Assembly (NCBI GenBank): GCA_949744075.1
Contig: CATJWI010000115.1
Span: 676 to 64,675 of the forward strand
Direction of reading: 5' to 3'
DNA from: an uncultured Eubacteriales bacterium
GTDB lineage: Bacteria; Bacillota; Clostridia; Oscillospirales; Oscillospiraceae
Length of the DNA stretch: 64,000 nt
Below, one piece after another: positions 49,095-57,726 of the stretch. The position numbers were made by a program, and so were the translations under genes. The first letter of the stretch is position 1, and each line of letters opens with the position of its first letter. The notes under the pieces were generated by a model. It was not told the origin of the DNA. It saw only the letters and a program-made list of their open reading frames with translations, and did no database searches.

Positions 49095-49123
49095 ATTATA
49101 ATACCGTTGTCCTCCGGTGTCAA
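49095..49123 (-). promoter_or_regulatory. Consensus sigmaA promoter of rplM-rpsI
   Basis: TTGACA-N17-TATAAT. Confidence 0.85.
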
Positions 49124-49235
49124 CGACAAATTGCGTTTTTTTGATTTAGAAAGTTAAAATCTTCAAAAATCTTTGTTTTTCTCTCTTATGCTCTTAAATG
49201 CTCGATTTCAAATTTTGAATTTTTGAGGTGCCGAA

Positions 49236-50042
49236 ATGGAAAAAATACTCTCTCTTGTCCGCCGCTGCGTGGAGGACTATGATATGATCCAGTCCGGTGA
49301 CCGGGTGGCGGTGGGGGTCTCCGGGGGGAAGGATTCCCTGGTGACTTTGGCGGCCCTCCAAAAGCTGTCCCGCTTCTACCCCAAACCCTTTACTGTGGAG
49401 GCGATCACCTTGGATCTGGGGGCTGCCGAGGGACAGCGCCCTGCCGATTTTGCCCCCCTTCGGGCCTATTGCGAGAGTATCGGCGTTCCCTTTACCCTTA
49501 TTTCCACCGAGATCAGCCATATCGTCTTTGACCTGCGCCGGGAGAAGAATCCCTGCTCTATGTGCGCAAAAATGCGCCGTGGGGCTCTTCACAATGCCCT
49601 TGTGGAGCGGGGGATCCAAAAGATCGCTCTGGGCCACCACTTTGACGATGCGGTGGAGACCTTCTTTCTCTCTCTTTTCTATGAGGGCCGTATTTCCTGT
49701 TTCCAGCCCGTCACCGAACTGACAAGGACAGAAATTATCCAGATAAGGCCTCTTTTGTACTGCGGGGAGGGTATGGTCCGGGGGGCGGCCAAGCGGCTTG
49801 AGCTGCCTGTTGTAAAGAATCCCTGCCCTGCCGATGGCAATACTAAGCGCCAAGAGGTGAAGGAACTGATAGCGGCCTTGGAAAAGCAATATCCCGGCTT
49901 GAAGGAACGGGTCTTTGGCTCCATGCAGCGTTTACCCCTTACAGCCTGGGAACCCATAGAACACCGCCGCCGTCCCTATGCGGAGGATCATACGGGGGGA
50001 GCGGCAAAGCCTGCAGACGTCATATATCCGGAGGTGGAGTAA
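49236..50042 (+). CDS. TtcA-family tRNA thiolation protein
   Basis: SGGKDS PP-loop, CSMC, GHHFDD, IRPL, NPCP. Confidence 0.88.
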   Translation: MEKILSLVRRCVEDYDMIQSGDRVAVGVSGGKDSLVTLAALQKLSRFYPKPFTVEAITLDLGAAEGQRPADFAPLRAYCESIGVPFTLISTEISHIVFDLRREKNPCSMCAKMRRGALHNALVERGIQKIALGHHFDDAVETFFLSLFYEGRISCFQPVTELTRTEIIQIRPLLYCGEGMVRGAAKRLELPVVKNPCPADGNTKRQEVKELIAALEKQYPGLKERVFGSMQRLPLTAWEPIEHRRRPYAEDHTGGAAKPADVIYPEVE

Positions 50043-50108
50043 AAGGGTGCTCTGCAGCTTTTTATTCTGCAACGCACCCTTCTATTTTTTCTGTCAGATC
50101 CTGTGGCG

Positions 50109-51455
50109 TCAGGAGAGCCTCAGAGCCTGCGCCAGAAGAAGGTCCAGGCGGATCTCCTCCGGGGTCCAGGGGATATAGAGGTCCACCGGCAGGCCCTTTT
50201 CGCTGATCCCGCGGCCCTCATGGGCTGCCTTGGTCATGCGGATGGGGTAACTGAGAGTGATATGCTCATGGATCGCCAGGTTGATGTTGTCGAAATAATC
50301 CAGATTCCCCATAGTGGGGCGGCCTACCACTGTGACCCTATGACCGCAACGTTTACACATAGCCACAAATTGCTCTCCTTCGTCCTCACAGAAGGTGTCG
50401 GTGATGACCACTACCCTTTTCGGTCCCTGAGGGGCGGGGGTGTAGGTCACATCCTCCACCGGAGCCGGGGGCAGGTAAGTCAGGCCCTTGCCGAAGTTAT
50501 CCCGGTAGAGGGCCATCTCTTCCTCAATAAGGGCTCTCTCCTCCGGAACGGCGAGGGTATCCCGAAAGGCGGAGAGAACTTCGTATCGGCGGTTGCAGTT
50601 GTTTTCGGTAAAGAGGATATAGCTGCCCTCATCGTTCAGCAGCTCTTTGAGGGTCCGTGCCCGGTCTACCAGATAGGGAAACAGATCCCAGCAGGCATCC
50701 TCATCCCCGCCCACACAGCGGCGGAGGTCCAGAATCAGCTTTTTACTCCCGGCGATCGATCCTCCATGCTCCTTCAAAAGCTGGGCCATGGCCTTGCGGT
50801 CCATTCGCTCCAGCTTAAGGTAGGCCGTGCTGTCCTCCAGCATACGAAACTCAATGGGGTACTCCACCGGGCAGGCGGGCTTCAGCTCCAGTTCCAGCCT
50901 CTCCTGACTGCCGTCAACATGCTCTACTTCCAGGGATCTCGCCATGCGCAGATAGCCTCCCCACAGTTCCCGCTCGGGCTGGTTACTGTTAAAGGCCATG
51001 CCCCGCATATACTTTCGGATCCGTTCGGGAGGCATGCTTTGGACCTTCCGGATCTTATCCCCGGGCACAAGGCCCGTATCCGGATCGGCCTCGGTCACGT
51101 AGAGGCAGTCCTCCGCGGCCCGGACCCGGTAGCGGGAGGCCAGGTTCCGGTAGTCGATCCAGTCATCGCAGCACAGGCGCAGATGGCGGTCGTGCATCTC
51201 GGCCACAAACTGGTGAAGGCTGCGGCAGAGCATCTCCATGGTCAGGGTACCGTAACGGTGATTGGAGAGAACATAGGTGCGGCTCTCATTGGGCATGAAA
51301 TAATCCCGCTTGGCCTCAAAGCCCGGATAGTCATAGTGGATGGTTTTCACCAGCCCTATGAAAAGAGCGTCCAGATCGATGGGGTTTCTCTTCATTTCCT
51401 CATAGAGGGCCTCTTTTTCCGCCTGCTCCCTCTGGACACGTTCGATCAGCTCCAT
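50109..51455 (-). CDS. Peptidase S41-like protein
   Basis: DRHL, PDZ-like GDKI, LILDLR..VGG, VVGRPTMG, KGLPVD. Confidence 0.7.
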   Translation of the reverse strand: MELIERVQREQAEKEALYEEMKRNPIDLDALFIGLVKTIHYDYPGFEAKRDYFMPNESRTYVLSNHRYGTLTMEMLCRSLHQFVAEMHDRHLRLCCDDWIDYRNLASRYRVRAAEDCLYVTEADPDTGLVPGDKIRKVQSMPPERIRKYMRGMAFNSNQPERELWGGYLRMARSLEVEHVDGSQERLELELKPACPVEYPIEFRMLEDSTAYLKLERMDRKAMAQLLKEHGGSIAGSKKLILDLRRCVGGDEDACWDLFPYLVDRARTLKELLNDEGSYILFTENNCNRRYEVLSAFRDTLAVPEERALIEEEMALYRDNFGKGLTYLPPAPVEDVTYTPAPQGPKRVVVITDTFCEDEGEQFVAMCKRCGHRVTVVGRPTMGNLDYFDNINLAIHEHITLSYPIRMTKAAHEGRGISEKGLPVDLYIPWTPEEIRLDLLLAQALRLS

Positions 51456-51479
51456 GGGTGTGTACCTCCTGATATCTGC

Positions 51480-51515
51480 AAAAAGGCTCCGCTCCTATGA
51501 GAGCAGAGCCTTTTT
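51480..51515. terminator. Rho-independent terminator
   Basis: AAAAAGGCTC..GCTC-loop-GAGC..GAGCCTTTTT. Confidence 0.7.
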
Positions 51516-51559
51516 GATTTTCTCATATCCCCGGGGGAATGTCAATCCTGTCCCCGGAC

Positions 51560-53881
51560 TTACTCCTGATCGGTGACGATCTTGCCCGCTACGAAGCCGT
51601 TGGTGCAGGCCATGCCGATAGAGTTACCGGCGGAAGGGGTGCTGTAGCCCAGACCATAGCGTCCTCCCATGCTGTTGCCGGCGGCATAGAGGCCCTTGAT
51701 GGGGTGGAAGGACACGCTCTTCCGTGTACCGCCGCCAGGACCACCGGGACCGCCGGGGCCGCCGGGGCCGCCTGCGGCAGCCTCTACCTCAACGACCTCC
51801 ATGCGCATGACCTGGTAGTTCTCATCGGTAATGAGACCGGACATGGTGACCATGGAGGGGGTGGGAGCGGAGGCGCCCACAGAGCCTACCGTGGCAAAAA
51901 AGGGGGCGGTCTCAATGGGCTGGAGGGCGATCTTACCCTTGCCGAAATCGCCGTCCACGCCGGCATGGCACATCTCGTTATACCGGGCAATGCTCTCCAG
52001 AGCCACCTTCTTGGTCTCCTCATTGTAGCCGCAGAGAGTCAGCAGCTCATCCAGGGTGTTGGCCTTATACATGGTGGCCCGGCCACGCTCCATGATGGTG
52101 CCGGTAAGGATGGAGATCTGACCGTTCTCATCGGGCTCAGAGTCCATGCCCTCCTTCATATCGGCAAAGAACTGGGGACGGCCAAAGTCGGGGCCGCCGT
52201 GCTCCATGCCGGAGCCTGCCACACTGTATACCCAGTTGGCGTCCACCAGCATGACAGCCAGACCGGACTGCTGAAGGTAGACCGCCCGGTTGGCGCTCAT
52301 CAGGTTGCCCTCATTGCAGAAGCGCTTGCCCTTGGCGTTGAGCCACAGGCAGCTGTTGGCGCCCCAGGGGCTGCTCACGCCGCCGCCCAGGATCATGGTG
52401 CCGCGGGGGGCGGGGTCGATATAGCCGCCGGCCCAGCAGCCCATCTTGATGGCGGAGCCGTCCCGGCCTCCCATAAAGGAGAAGAAGCTGTCCTTGTCGC
52501 CGCCGCCCCGCTCGTTCTCCTCCATGTACTCGTTGAGGAGGGCCCAGCACATGTCGGCGTTGGCGGCGTAACCGCCACCGGCCAAAATGACGCCCTTGCT
52601 GGTGTTGAACTGGATGATTTTATCACCCACTTTGGCGATAACGCCGGTGACATTGCCCTCTGCGTCCTGGACCAGGACCTGGGCAGCGGCGTTAAAGTAC
52701 ACCTTGGCGCCCATATCCACCGCCTTGGCAACGCAGGCGCTTTGGACATAGCGGATGGTGGAGTTGGCAGCCACGCCCTGGATGGGCTCGGCGTTATACT
52801 TTCCGGCAAAGGTGACGGTGGTGGCCCAGGTCTTGGTGCCTGCGGCCAGGGGGTAGTTGGTCAGGTTTTCGCAGTCATAGACGTCCAGCCCGGCCTTTAC
52901 CTTGTCGGCATCGATCTGAGTCTGGATGAAGAGCTGGCCGTTCTCGGTGTTGTCATAGACCAGCATGATCTCCTCCAGAGCCTTCACATTGTTCTCCAGG
53001 ACGGTGCCCTTGATCCCTTCCAGGGAGGCAAAACGCTCCTTGTCGGCCAGGACCTCCTTGGCAACGTCCAGCATATTGTCCACCATGGGGCCGGAATTCT
53101 GGACGAAGGATTTGATGATGGCGGGGTTACAGCGGCCGCCGGAGCGGGTGACATACTCGTTAATGATCTCGCCCAGGTCGTACTCCTTGATGCCGTGCTC
53201 CTTGGCAAGCTTGGTGTTGTAAGCGCCAATATCCTCGCCGTACCAGTCAAAGAGGTCGGAGTCCTGCTTCTCCAGGACCACCACGTCCTTGCCTCCGGCC
53301 TGCATGGCGCCCAGAACGGCCTGGGTGCCGGCGTGGCCCATGCCCACAATAACGGTCTCCACGTCCATGGTCTCGTCAGGGGTCAGGCTGGGGGCTTCGC
53401 CCAGCCAGTCGCCGGGACCGGAGTAACCCTTGACACGGGCGCCTGCGGCGGCGGGATCCACCACGGGGACCTCCACGCTCTCGCCCTTGGCCTGGGCGAT
53501 ACAGGCGGCGGCCGCCTTCTTTACGGCCTCGCTTGTGATGGTGGCGCCGGCAATGGCGTCAATATCGGCGCTCTGGGCGTCCAAGAGGGCCTTCTTCAGG
53601 TCCTCTCCCTTGGCCTGGCCAATGTTTTCGGTCTCGCCGGACAGGTCCAGCTGCACATCGGTGATGCTGTTGGCGTCAAAGGCCATGGTGACGGTGATCT
53701 CCGCCATACCGGTGGCGGTGGCACTGTAGGTGCCGGGGGTATAGAGACCCTTGTTTTCCGGGGCGGCGGAGGGGGTGGACTCCTTGTTCTCGCAGGCGCC
53801 CAGCACGCCCATGGCGGCGACCCCCGCGATTCCTGCGGCGGCGCCCTTGAGGAAGTCTCTGCGGCTCAGATCTTTGCTCAA
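51560..53881 (-). CDS. Tat-exported lipoprotein, FMN-binding domain + flavocytochrome c/fumarate-reductase-like FAD domain
   Basis: SRRDFLK, LGAC lipobox, DAIAGAT, VGMGHAG, LAGGGY, GKRFCNE, DFGK, GLYAAGN. Confidence 0.88.
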   Translation of the reverse strand: MSKDLSRRDFLKGAAAGIAGVAAMGVLGACENKESTPSAAPENKGLYTPGTYSATATGMAEITVTMAFDANSITDVQLDLSGETENIGQAKGEDLKKALLDAQSADIDAIAGATITSEAVKKAAAACIAQAKGESVEVPVVDPAAAGARVKGYSGPGDWLGEAPSLTPDETMDVETVIVGMGHAGTQAVLGAMQAGGKDVVVLEKQDSDLFDWYGEDIGAYNTKLAKEHGIKEYDLGEIINEYVTRSGGRCNPAIIKSFVQNSGPMVDNMLDVAKEVLADKERFASLEGIKGTVLENNVKALEEIMLVYDNTENGQLFIQTQIDADKVKAGLDVYDCENLTNYPLAAGTKTWATTVTFAGKYNAEPIQGVAANSTIRYVQSACVAKAVDMGAKVYFNAAAQVLVQDAEGNVTGVIAKVGDKIIQFNTSKGVILAGGGYAANADMCWALLNEYMEENERGGGDKDSFFSFMGGRDGSAIKMGCWAGGYIDPAPRGTMILGGGVSSPWGANSCLWLNAKGKRFCNEGNLMSANRAVYLQQSGLAVMLVDANWVYSVAGSGMEHGGPDFGRPQFFADMKEGMDSEPDENGQISILTGTIMERGRATMYKANTLDELLTLCGYNEETKKVALESIARYNEMCHAGVDGDFGKGKIALQPIETAPFFATVGSVGASAPTPSMVTMSGLITDENYQVMRMEVVEVEAAAGGPGGPGGPGGPGGGTRKSVSFHPIKGLYAAGNSMGGRYGLGYSTPSAGNSIGMACTNGFVAGKIVTDQE

Positions 53882-53989
53882 GTTTATTCATCCTTTCTGA
53901 CAAAAAATTGACGAATTGGATTGACAGCTTTTTCCCTGTACGATATCATAAATATAAAGGATGCGCAGTCGAAAAACAATATTTGGGTG

Positions 53990-54016
53990 TGTTGCAAAAA
54001 TAAAGGTTTTGTAACA
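53990..54016. promoter_or_regulatory. Candidate TetR operator in the divergent intergenic region
   Basis: TGTTGCAAAA-N7-TTTTGTAACA. Confidence 0.45.
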
Positions 54017-54032
54017 AAAACAAGGAGGAGCT

Positions 54033-54587
54033 ATGGACGAGGTTCGACAGCCGGAAGTCCTGCGCCACAGGATCGTCAATGCATACCTGGAACTGCTGCG
54101 GGAGAAGGAGGATGGGAATATTTCCATCACAGAGATCACCCGGAGGGCGGGTGTTTCCCGCATGGCCTTTTACCGGAAATTTGCATCCAAGTGGGAGATC
54201 GTGGATTTCTACCTGGGCGGCATCATGCACTGGGAGGTGGCCTATGACGAGGCACGGGGAGCGGACCGGAGTATTTGGGAACTGGAGTATGGGATCCGTT
54301 TTTTTCGGGTCATGGGAGAGCACCGGGAGAATATTCTTCTGCTGGTGGACCGGGGGTACGCGACCCTTCTGCTTCGTGTCATCAACCTGACAAATGAATG
54401 TGTGGCGGGGGATATGCCCCTGAGCTCCATTGAGCGCTACAAGCTCTATTTTTTGGCTGGGGCTGGGTTTAACTCCATGCTTATCTGGCTCCGGGATGGA
54501 TGCAGGGAGTCTCCGGAGAAGATGGCTCAGGCGCTGATGGATTATATGGGAGGGAAGAACGGGGTAGCGCCATGGCATGGAAAATAG
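54033..54587 (+). CDS. TetR/AcrR-family regulator
   Basis: ISITEITRRAGVSRMAFYRKF. Confidence 0.92.
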   Translation: MDEVRQPEVLRHRIVNAYLELLREKEDGNISITEITRRAGVSRMAFYRKFASKWEIVDFYLGGIMHWEVAYDEARGADRSIWELEYGIRFFRVMGEHRENILLLVDRGYATLLLRVINLTNECVAGDMPLSSIERYKLYFLAGAGFNSMLIWLRDGCRESPEKMAQALMDYMGGKNGVAPWHGK

Positions 54588-54651
54588 GATGATACCCCCG
54601 CCTTTTTATGATGACAGGTCCCGGCAAAGACATAGAACAAAGAAAGGCGAA

Positions 54652-54695
54652 AAGGAAGGAAGCCGCCCGGTCTGGACCGGGCGGCTTCTTTCCTT
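54652..54695. terminator. Bidirectional terminator
   Basis: AAGGAAGGAAGCCGCCCGGTC / GACCGGGCGGCTTCTTTCCTT. Confidence 0.7.
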
Positions 54696-56547
54696 ATATT
54701 TTTCCCTCCCGGACGGCCCGCCAGGCTCCCATGCAGGTGGCGATAAAGTACCCCCCGTAGATGACCAGCAGGAATAGGGCGGTGAGCAGGCTGGAGTGGA
54801 CCGAGTCCACATGCCCCATCACATGGATGACCTCATTGGCGGCCTTCATGCCCACAAAGGCGTGAATGACGCCCAGAGCCAGGGGCAGCAGAAACGCCAG
54901 AGCCACCTGCCGTACCAAGGCTCCCCGGCGCATGCTCTCGGGAGCTCCCAGCTTGGAGAGGAGCTGATACCGCTGGGCATTGTCGGCGGCCTGACTCAGT
55001 TGCTGGAGCGCCAGAATAGCGGCGGCGGTGACCAGGAACACCAGCCCCAGATAAAGCCCCATATAGAGCACTAAAATTTTGGCCCCCATTAGGTCGTAGT
55101 AGTTATCCAGCTTATAATTCATCATAATGTCCAGCCCGGCCGAAAAGTCCTCCGATTCATCCAGAGCCATACGGACCATATCGTCCACCTGAACGGCGTT
55201 CCCGGCGTAGCAAATGTTCACCATCTGCCGCCGCGGGGTCAGCAGGGGAAGCATTTCGTCGGGCACGACAGCCACCCCGTCGGCGGCGGGACCGTTGACG
55301 ATGGCGTTGGGGGTGCGGATAGGCTTTTCCAGGTCCGCCAGCCCCTCCAGGCCCCGGCCCGCCATGAGCCGGTTGTAGTCGCTGAGGGCCACCGCCGCAT
55401 AGTACCCGGCGGCGGGCATTCCGGTGATCTCAGGGTCGTTGTAGTAGACCGTTACGCCCTCCACACTGGCAAAGCAGGCGTCGGGGTCCACACCGATATT
55501 CCGGAACAGTTCCGCCACGTCCGCTTCCTCATAAATGCCCTCCCGCCCGTAGTTGAGCACCGTCAAGTCATAGGGGGTCTGTCCTCCCACCGTGGCGGTG
55601 ATGGTGTCGTTGAGCCCCACCGAGCAGGCGGTCACCCCGATAGCCAGCAGAAGAAGGATGGAGATGACCGTATTCGCCGCGCAGTTGGTGTGTACCTTTC
55701 CGCTCCACTGGCGAAGGACAAACATATTGAGACCCTTATAATATCCGGGGTGTCCCTGGGTCAGGCGCAGCAAAAACCCGGACAGGGACCGAAAGATGAG
55801 GAAGGTCCCCAAGGTCCCCAGCCCCAGCATAACGAACCAAAGAAGGTCAATGCGGAGCAGCCCCCGGACCAGCAGAATGGCATAGGCCGTCCCCAAGGAT
55901 ACGCACCCCAGCAAAAACAGAGCTACCGCCAGCGCCAAGGGTCGCTGGGCGATCTCCTCATTGGTCCGCCCGGAGCGGATGAGGTCGATGAGCCGGGATT
56001 GGGAGACGCTGACACCGGTAAAGAGGGTCACCACCAGAAAAATACATCCGAAATAGAGAACGGTTTTCCCCACGGCCCCAAAGGAGAGGGAGAAGGAAAA
56101 AATATTCCCGGGGGTGGCCAAAAACATGGCGATGGTCAGCTTGTCCAGCCCCCAGGAGGCCAGCGCTCCCAGCAAGATCCCGGTTCCAAGAGCTCCGAGT
56201 CCGATGAGCAGCGTCTCAAATATCATGAGCCGGGAGACCTTTCCAGCGCTCATCCCCAGCAGAAAGTAGGTCCCCAGCTCCCGTTTCCGCCGCTTCATCA
56301 AAAATTGGTTGGCGTAGAGGATAAGCCCGGCCAGTACCACGACCACGAAGGCGGAGAATACGCCCATAAGGATAAAAATACTCTCCACCATACTGTTCTG
56401 GTTCTGGGCAAGAAACCTCATCACGCTCTGGTCTCCCAGAGAGTTGAAGGTATAAAACAGACACACTCCAAAGGTGAGGGTGAGAAAATAGACGGCGTAG
56501 TCCCGGATGCTCCGCCGCACGTTCCGAAGAGCCAGCTTACAGGACAT
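54694..56547 (-). CDS. BceB-like (FtsX-domain) ABC permease
   Basis: LALRNVRRS..DY.VYF, KRRKRELG..LLGM, ~10 TM with a large extracellular loop, YQLLSKLG. Confidence 0.88.
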   Translation of the reverse strand: MSCKLALRNVRRSIRDYAVYFLTLTFGVCLFYTFNSLGDQSVMRFLAQNQNSMVESIFILMGVFSAFVVVVLAGLILYANQFLMKRRKRELGTYFLLGMSAGKVSRLMIFETLLIGLGALGTGILLGALASWGLDKLTIAMFLATPGNIFSFSLSFGAVGKTVLYFGCIFLVVTLFTGVSVSQSRLIDLIRSGRTNEEIAQRPLALAVALFLLGCVSLGTAYAILLVRGLLRIDLLWFVMLGLGTLGTFLIFRSLSGFLLRLTQGHPGYYKGLNMFVLRQWSGKVHTNCAANTVISILLLLAIGVTACSVGLNDTITATVGGQTPYDLTVLNYGREGIYEEADVAELFRNIGVDPDACFASVEGVTVYYNDPEITGMPAAGYYAAVALSDYNRLMAGRGLEGLADLEKPIRTPNAIVNGPAADGVAVVPDEMLPLLTPRRQMVNICYAGNAVQVDDMVRMALDESEDFSAGLDIMMNYKLDNYYDLMGAKILVLYMGLYLGLVFLVTAAAILALQQLSQAADNAQRYQLLSKLGAPESMRRGALVRQVALAFLLPLALGVIHAFVGMKAANEVIHVMGHVDSVHSSLLTALFLLVIYGGYFIATCMGAWRAVREGKI

Positions 56548-57304
56548 TTTCGCTCTCACCTCCCAGTTCACTTACCACCGCCAATATCTCCCGGAAAAAG
56601 GTCTTTCTGTCTGCCCCGTTCCGGTGGAGTTCTTTATAAAGCTCTCCGTCCTGAAGGAACAGGATCCGTTTGCACCAGGAGGCGGTGAAGGCGTCATGGG
56701 TCACCAACAGGATGGTGGCTCCCTCCTCCCGGTTGAGCTTGTCCAGCTGTCCCAGCAGCATCCCGGTAGACTTGGAGTCCAGCGCTCCGGTCGGCTCGTC
56801 GGCAAAGATAAGGGCGGGCTGGGTCACCATGGCCCGGGCTGCCGCAACCCGCTGTTGTTGTCCGCCGGACATCTGGTAAGGAAACTTGTCCAGCACCTCC
56901 TCTACTCCCAGGAGCCTGGCTGCCTCCCGGGCCCGCTTTTCTACCGAGCGGGGCTCCGCCCCGCCGATGGTGAGGGCCAGGGCAATATTCTCCAGTCCCG
57001 TCAAAGTGTCCAGCAAATTGCAGTCCTGAAAGATAAATCCCAGCCGCTCCCGCCGAAATCGGCTCAGGGACTTCCCCTTTAAGCGGGTCAATTCCGCCCC
57101 CTCGACCAGGATGGATCCGGCGGAGGGGGAGTCAATGGTGGAGATGCAATTTAAAAGGGTGGTCTTCCCGCTGCCCGACGGCCCCATGACTCCCACGAAC
57201 TCTCCGGGAAAGACCTTGAAGTCCAGACCGCGTAAAGCCTGCGTCCGATTTCCTTTTCCACCGTAAATTTTTTGCAGCCCTTGTACGCTCAAGATTGGTT
57301 CCAT
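56537..57304 (-). CDS. BceA-like ABC ATP-binding protein
   Basis: GPSGSGKTT, FRRERLGFIFQD, MSGGQQQR, ADEPTGALDS. Confidence 0.92.
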   Translation of the reverse strand: MEPILSVQGLQKIYGGKGNRTQALRGLDFKVFPGEFVGVMGPSGSGKTTLLNCISTIDSPSAGSILVEGAELTRLKGKSLSRFRRERLGFIFQDCNLLDTLTGLENIALALTIGGAEPRSVEKRAREAARLLGVEEVLDKFPYQMSGGQQQRVAAARAMVTQPALIFADEPTGALDSKSTGMLLGQLDKLNREEGATILLVTHDAFTASWCKRILFLQDGELYKELHRNGADRKTFFREILAVVSELGGESENVL

Positions 57305-57562
57305 ATTCTGCCTCCTCGCTTTTGGTGAGGCAAGTATATCAAATGATCTTCAAGGATTCTTTTCGAGGATATAAAGAAAAAGTAAAGCTTTTCTGACAAT
57401 ATTTGGTTGGCTTTGGCGGCAATCTGCCCAGACCTCCGTTTCATTTCTGGTCCACTTTTTCCTTTTTTATGGTATACTTTTCCACCCGAACGTGCTATAC
57501 TATACTAACCGTGTTCCATTTCCAACGGCTTTATGCGCGTCAGCGCTTATGATAAGCGATCC

Positions 57563-57667
57563 AGGACAGAGGAACCCCGGCGAGGGGGGCTACTCAGCTA
57601 TCCGGCGATACAGGGCGGGATAGTACAGAGTGGGCCCACTGGCCTTGTTTTGTCACGCTTCTGTCCT
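57563..57667 (+). ncRNA. Putative structured 5' leader RNA of rnj
   Basis: Nested stems AGGACAGAGG/CTTCTGTCCT, CCCC/GGGG, GGGCTACTC/GAGTGGGCCC, CTATCC/GGATAG. Confidence 0.45.
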
Positions 57668-57726
57668 ACATACCAACAAAAAAGTCCCTGTATTGTGCGA
57701 AGAAGAAGGAGTGTAATTAACAACAA

